Below are positions 60,276 to 64,000 of a stretch of 64,000 bases of DNA, one piece after another. The stretch spans positions 78,048 through 142,047 of the forward strand of contig JANYDA010000048.1 of the NCBI GenBank assembly GCA_025360005.1, written 5' to 3'. The notes under the pieces are model-generated. The model saw nothing but the letters and a program-made list of their open reading frames with translations, ran no database searches and was not told the DNA's origin. This DNA is from Fibrobacteria bacterium (lineage in GTDB: Bacteria; Fibrobacterota; Fibrobacteria; UBA11236). How positions within the stretch are numbered: position 1 is the first letter of the stretch; the number at the start of each line of letters is the position of its first letter. The translations under genes and the position numbers were made by a program.

Positions 60276-61703
60276 ATGATGCCTCAAATCAGCTTTTACA
60301 ATACGGCATCCCGCAAGCAGGAACCGTTCACCACCTTGCATCCGCGCGTGGCCAACGTGTATTGCTGCGGGCCCACCGTTTACCATTACGCCCATATCGG
60401 AAATCTCCGTACCTACGTGTTCGAGGATTTGCTGCGGCGCGTGCTTGATTACGGAGGCTACGCCGTCAATCATATCGTCAACATCACGGACGTAGGGCAT
60501 CTCACCTCGGATGCGGATACGGGCGAAGACAAGATGGAAAAAGGCGCCGCGCGGGAAGGCAAATCGGTGTGGGAAATCGCCGACTTCTACACGCAAGCGT
60601 TCATGAAGGATTGGGAGCGGCTCAACCTGGTGGCCCCTTCTCTCTGGACCAAGGCCACCGATCATATCCCCGAACAGATAGCCTTGGTCAAGGTGTTGGA
60701 AGAAAAGGGCTATGCGTACAGGGTGCCGGAAGACGGCGTCTATTTCGACACGGCCAAATTCCCGCGCTATGCGGACTTCGCCGGCCTGGACATCCGCGGC
60801 ATGCAGGAAGGCGCGCGCATCGGCGTTACGGAAGGCAAGCGCAACCCGGCGGACTTCGCGCTTTGGAAGGTTTCCCCCAAGGACGTGCAACGCGCCATGG
60901 AATGGGATTCGCCTTGGGGACGCGGGTTCCCCGGCTGGCACGTGGAATGCTCGGCCATGGCCATGAAGCATCTGGGCCCCACCCTGGACATCCACTGCGG
61001 CGGCACCGATCATATCCGCGTGCACCACAGCAACGAGATAGCCCAATCGGAGGGTGCCACCGGCGTTACCTTCTCCCGCTTCTGGCTGCACGGCGGCTGG
61101 CTCTTGGAAGCGCCCACGGAGGAAGGCGGCGGCGGCAAGATGTCCAAGTCGGCGGGAGAATTCGTCACCCTGGATTTCCTGCTCAAGAAGAATTACGGCG
61201 CCATGGACTACCGTTACTTCTGCCTGGGCGCGCACTACCGCAGCTACCTCAACTTCAGCTGGGAAGGGTTGGACACGGCGCGAGACTCCCTGAAAAGCCT
61301 GCGCCGCAAAACCGATCCGCTCATCGGCCGCGCCACCGCCATCGCTTCCGAGAACGCCTTGGGCTGGCAGCGCCGGTTCCTCACGGCCGCATACGATGAT
61401 CTGGGATTTCCCCAGGCGTTGGCCGTCCTGAACCAGATGCTGAAAGATCCGGATCTTTTGGAGGGCGAGAAGGCCGCGCTGGTGCGCGATTTCGATCGCT
61501 TGCTGGGATTGGGCCTGGCGGAGAAAGGCGAACGCGAGGATCGCAGCCTTCCCGGGCCCTTGGCGGCATTGCTGGACGAACGCAAGGACGCGCGCGCGCA
61601 CAAGGATTGGAAGCGCAGCGACGAGATCCGCGATCTACTTAAGGCCAAAGGGTTCGGGGTCAAGGATAATCCGGACGGCACCACCAGTTGGTTTCCGTTG
61701 TGA
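60276..61703 (+). CDS. cysS: Cysteine--tRNA ligase
   Basis: CGPTVY, HIGN, PGWHVECSAM, HCGG-x-DH, KMSKS. Confidence 0.97.
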   Translation: MMPQISFYNTASRKQEPFTTLHPRVANVYCCGPTVYHYAHIGNLRTYVFEDLLRRVLDYGGYAVNHIVNITDVGHLTSDADTGEDKMEKGAAREGKSVWEIADFYTQAFMKDWERLNLVAPSLWTKATDHIPEQIALVKVLEEKGYAYRVPEDGVYFDTAKFPRYADFAGLDIRGMQEGARIGVTEGKRNPADFALWKVSPKDVQRAMEWDSPWGRGFPGWHVECSAMAMKHLGPTLDIHCGGTDHIRVHHSNEIAQSEGATGVTFSRFWLHGGWLLEAPTEEGGGGKMSKSAGEFVTLDFLLKKNYGAMDYRYFCLGAHYRSYLNFSWEGLDTARDSLKSLRRKTDPLIGRATAIASENALGWQRRFLTAAYDDLGFPQALAVLNQMLKDPDLLEGEKAALVRDFDRLLGLGLAEKGEREDRSLPGPLAALLDERKDARAHKDWKRSDEIRDLLKAKGFGVKDNPDGTTSWFPL

Positions 61704-61787
61704 AACCGTTCCTCGTTTTATCGCCGGGGATGCGCTGATCTTTGCGCTCCCCGCTCTGAAATTTCTATTTATGATCCTTGGATAGGA

Positions 61788-61796
61788 TGATATAAT
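61788..61796 (+). promoter_or_regulatory. Extended -10 promoter element upstream of clpP
   Basis: TG-A-TATAAT, about 70 nt upstream of the ATG. Confidence 0.55.
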
Positions 61797-61867
61797 TCCG
61801 GGACCCGAGGGCTCGCGAGAGCCGGACCCGGCCGGAAGAAACCTTCAACCACAGTCACGGCGGCAAC

Positions 61868-62461
61868 ATGATCAGGAACGAAGACAAGGAAAAAGAGAAG
61901 GATAAGGAAGAGCCTTCTTTTCTCGCCAAGGAAATCGCGGAGTCCTTCATCAAGGCCCGGAAGATTTTCCTGTGGACTCCCGTGGACGATGTCGCTGCCG
62001 AGAAGATCGTCAAGCAACTCATTTATCTGGACTCCCAGAACCATGATGACATCTACTTCTACATCAACAGCCCCGGCGGCGTGATCTCCTCCGGCCTGGC
62101 CATCCTGGACGCCATGGAAGCGGTCAAGTCGGACGTGGTCACCATCGTTTCCGGCCAGGCGGCTTCCATGGGCGCCGTGCTGCTGTGCGCGGGCAAGAAG
62201 GGCAAACGTTACGCGTGGAAGAATTCCCGCGTTATGATCCACCAACCCCTGATTTCCGGCCATATGTACGGGCCCGCCACGGATATCGAGATCCAGGCGG
62301 AAGAGATGCTCCGTATCCGCACCGCGCTCAACAAAATCCTCTCGGACGCCACCGGCAAATCCATGGATCAAATCGAACTGGATACGGATCGGGATCGCTT
62401 CATGACCGCCGAAGAGGCCAAGACCTACGGCATGATCGATATCATCGAAAACCGGCTCTAA
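61868..62461 (+). CDS. clpP: ATP-dependent Clp protease proteolytic subunit
   Basis: INSPGG, AASMGA (Ser), MIHQP (His), DRDRF (Asp). Confidence 0.96.
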   Translation: MIRNEDKEKEKDKEEPSFLAKEIAESFIKARKIFLWTPVDDVAAEKIVKQLIYLDSQNHDDIYFYINSPGGVISSGLAILDAMEAVKSDVVTIVSGQAASMGAVLLCAGKKGKRYAWKNSRVMIHQPLISGHMYGPATDIEIQAEEMLRIRTALNKILSDATGKSMDQIELDTDRDRFMTAEEAKTYGMIDIIENRL

Positions 62462-62667
62462 CCGCCCCGTCCGCGCCCTCTGTGGACGGATCGGTTCGTC
62501 CTTCGCGGGGCGGCTGGTCCGGGCTTTCCGGACGCCCGGTCCGGGCCGGACGACCCTAATGCTTCCGAGAGCCGTCAAAACACCAGGTTTGGCGGCTCTT
62601 TCGGTTTAACTCGCTTCCGGGGCATTTTGCCGTCGTTTTCCCCGATCGTCCATAGCCTTCGCCAAGC

Positions 62668-62688
62668 GGGGAGTTATCCCCTTTTTTT
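62668..62688 (+). terminator. Possible intrinsic terminator
   Basis: GGGGA-GTTA-TCCCC followed by T7. Confidence 0.35.
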
Positions 62689-62741
62689 CCGCCGCGCACT
62701 CATGCTAGAATCAAACCAGCACCCCAAAAAAGATCAGGAAC

Positions 62742-63620
62742 ATGACTGAGGAGTCCAAGAAACGTTATCAGCGCATCATCCAGGACCTGGGACAGATCCC
62801 CACCATGCCCACCATCGCCGCCAAGGTGATGCAGATAGTCAACGATCCCCATTCCAGCGCGGAAGATGTCGCCAAATTCATTTCCCGGGACGTAGCCCTC
62901 ACTTCCAAGGTGCTCCGCCTGGCAAACTCGGCCTTCTACGGAATCCCGCGTACTATCTCATCGGTCAATTCCGCCATCGTCATCCTGGGATTCAATACCA
63001 TCCGCAGCCTGGTGCTCTCCGCATCCGTGCTCAAAGTATTCCCGGCCAAGCCCGGCCTGGTGCGCTTTGATCGGAAAGCCTTCTGGAAGCATTCCTTCAT
63101 GGTGGGCATAGCCTCGCGCATGGTGGCGCAAATCTACCGCCGCAAGAAGCTGGTGGACATGGAAACGGCGTTCAGCGCCGGCCTGCTCCATGATATCGGC
63201 AAGATCATTCTGGAGCAGTTCTCCAACGAGGATTACCTGCCCGTCCTGAAGGCGGCCAAGGACCTGGCGCAGCCCCTGGTGGTGGTGGAGCGGAACATGC
63301 TTGGGATGAGCCATGCGGACGTGAGCGGCATGCTGGTGGATAAATGGCAGATGCCCAACGAGCTGAAAGACCCCATCGTTTACCATCATTCCCCGCTGGA
63401 CGACAATGCGTCCAAGGAAATGGCGTGCATCGTGCATTACGCCAACCACCTTTGCCATCTCAAGGCCAGCGGTTGCATGGAGAACGAAACCTACGCTCCT
63501 TTCATGGTCCAGGTCGAAGCCGTGCTCAACCTCGGCATTTCCCAGGACGATTTGCTGGGGGAATTGGAAAAGCATATTCAGGAGGCGGAGCCGTTCTTCT
63601 CGCTCATTGAAGCCAACTGA
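62742..63620 (+). CDS. HDOD-domain protein
   Basis: D-x-ALTSKVLRLANSAFYG, FWKHS, AGLLHDIGK, WQMP, YHH. Confidence 0.93.
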   Translation: MTEESKKRYQRIIQDLGQIPTMPTIAAKVMQIVNDPHSSAEDVAKFISRDVALTSKVLRLANSAFYGIPRTISSVNSAIVILGFNTIRSLVLSASVLKVFPAKPGLVRFDRKAFWKHSFMVGIASRMVAQIYRRKKLVDMETAFSAGLLHDIGKIILEQFSNEDYLPVLKAAKDLAQPLVVVERNMLGMSHADVSGMLVDKWQMPNELKDPIVYHHSPLDDNASKEMACIVHYANHLCHLKASGCMENETYAPFMVQVEAVLNLGISQDDLLGELEKHIQEAEPFFSLIEAN

Positions 63621-63654
63621 GGCGGACTCGGACTCTCCCGGACCCGCAGAAACC

Positions 63655-64000
63655 ATGGCCGAAAGCGACTTCGGAAATCCGGAAGCCTTTTTCGCCCGCC
63701 ACGGCGGCGTGCCCAAGAATCCCGTCCTCATCCGCCAGACCCTTGCCGTGCTGCGGGATCCCACTTGTTCCGCGGGCGATCTGGTGCAGGTGCTGGAAAA
63801 CGAACCGGCCATCTCCTCCAAAGTGCTCAAGGCCGCCAACTCGGTGTTCTTCGGCACGCCCAAATCCATCACCTCGCTCAAGGCCGCCATCGTGCGCTTA
63901 GGGAACCACAACATATCCCGCATCGCCTTGTCCGCATCGCTGGGCGCCACCGGCGGCAGCCATTGGCAGGCTTTCTGGCGCCATTCCATTTCCGTGGCCA
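63655..64000 (+). CDS. Second HDOD-domain protein (truncated by the window end)
   Basis: EPAISSKVLKAANSVFFG, AAIVRLG, FWRHS. Confidence 0.88.
   Translation, partial: MAESDFGNPEAFFARHGGVPKNPVLIRQTLAVLRDPTCSAGDLVQVLENEPAISSKVLKAANSVFFGTPKSITSLKAAIVRLGNHNISRIALSASLGATGGSHWQAFWRHSISVA

Overview
GC-rich (roughly 60-65% by eye) bacterial chromosome segment. It is most likely from a Fibrobacterota-like organism; this is inferred from the protein families and from secreted proteins with T9SS-like C-terminal tails. Housekeeping genes are gcvP, asd, lysA, proB, proA, hisI, tilS-ftsH-folP, a class-IV aminotransferase, cysS, clpP and tRNA-Arg(CCG). They are interleaved with accessory genes: secreted beta-propeller, DUF1080, ThuA and GH10 proteins, a lower-GC block with two paralogous outer-membrane proteins, an orphan Thoeris-type TIR protein, and a TonB-dependent receptor operon with its own ExbB/ExbD/TonB downstream of a duplicated LytS/LytTR module. 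No integrase, transposase, CRISPR array, rRNA or riboswitch was recognised. The strongest unexplained signal is a dispersed 16-bp bipartite motif, GTAAC-N6-GNTAC (consensus about GGTAAC-N6-GTTACC). A manual scan found 20 exact copies against about 0.3 expected; 15 lie inside coding sequence, often written with rare synonymous codons. The window also holds several apparent pseudo-enzymes (a LytS kinase with a degenerate ATP site, a hybrid kinase lacking its His, a HisKA sensor lacking an ATPase domain, a catalytically stripped thermonuclease), many apparently leaderless promoters, and inverted heptamer arrays.
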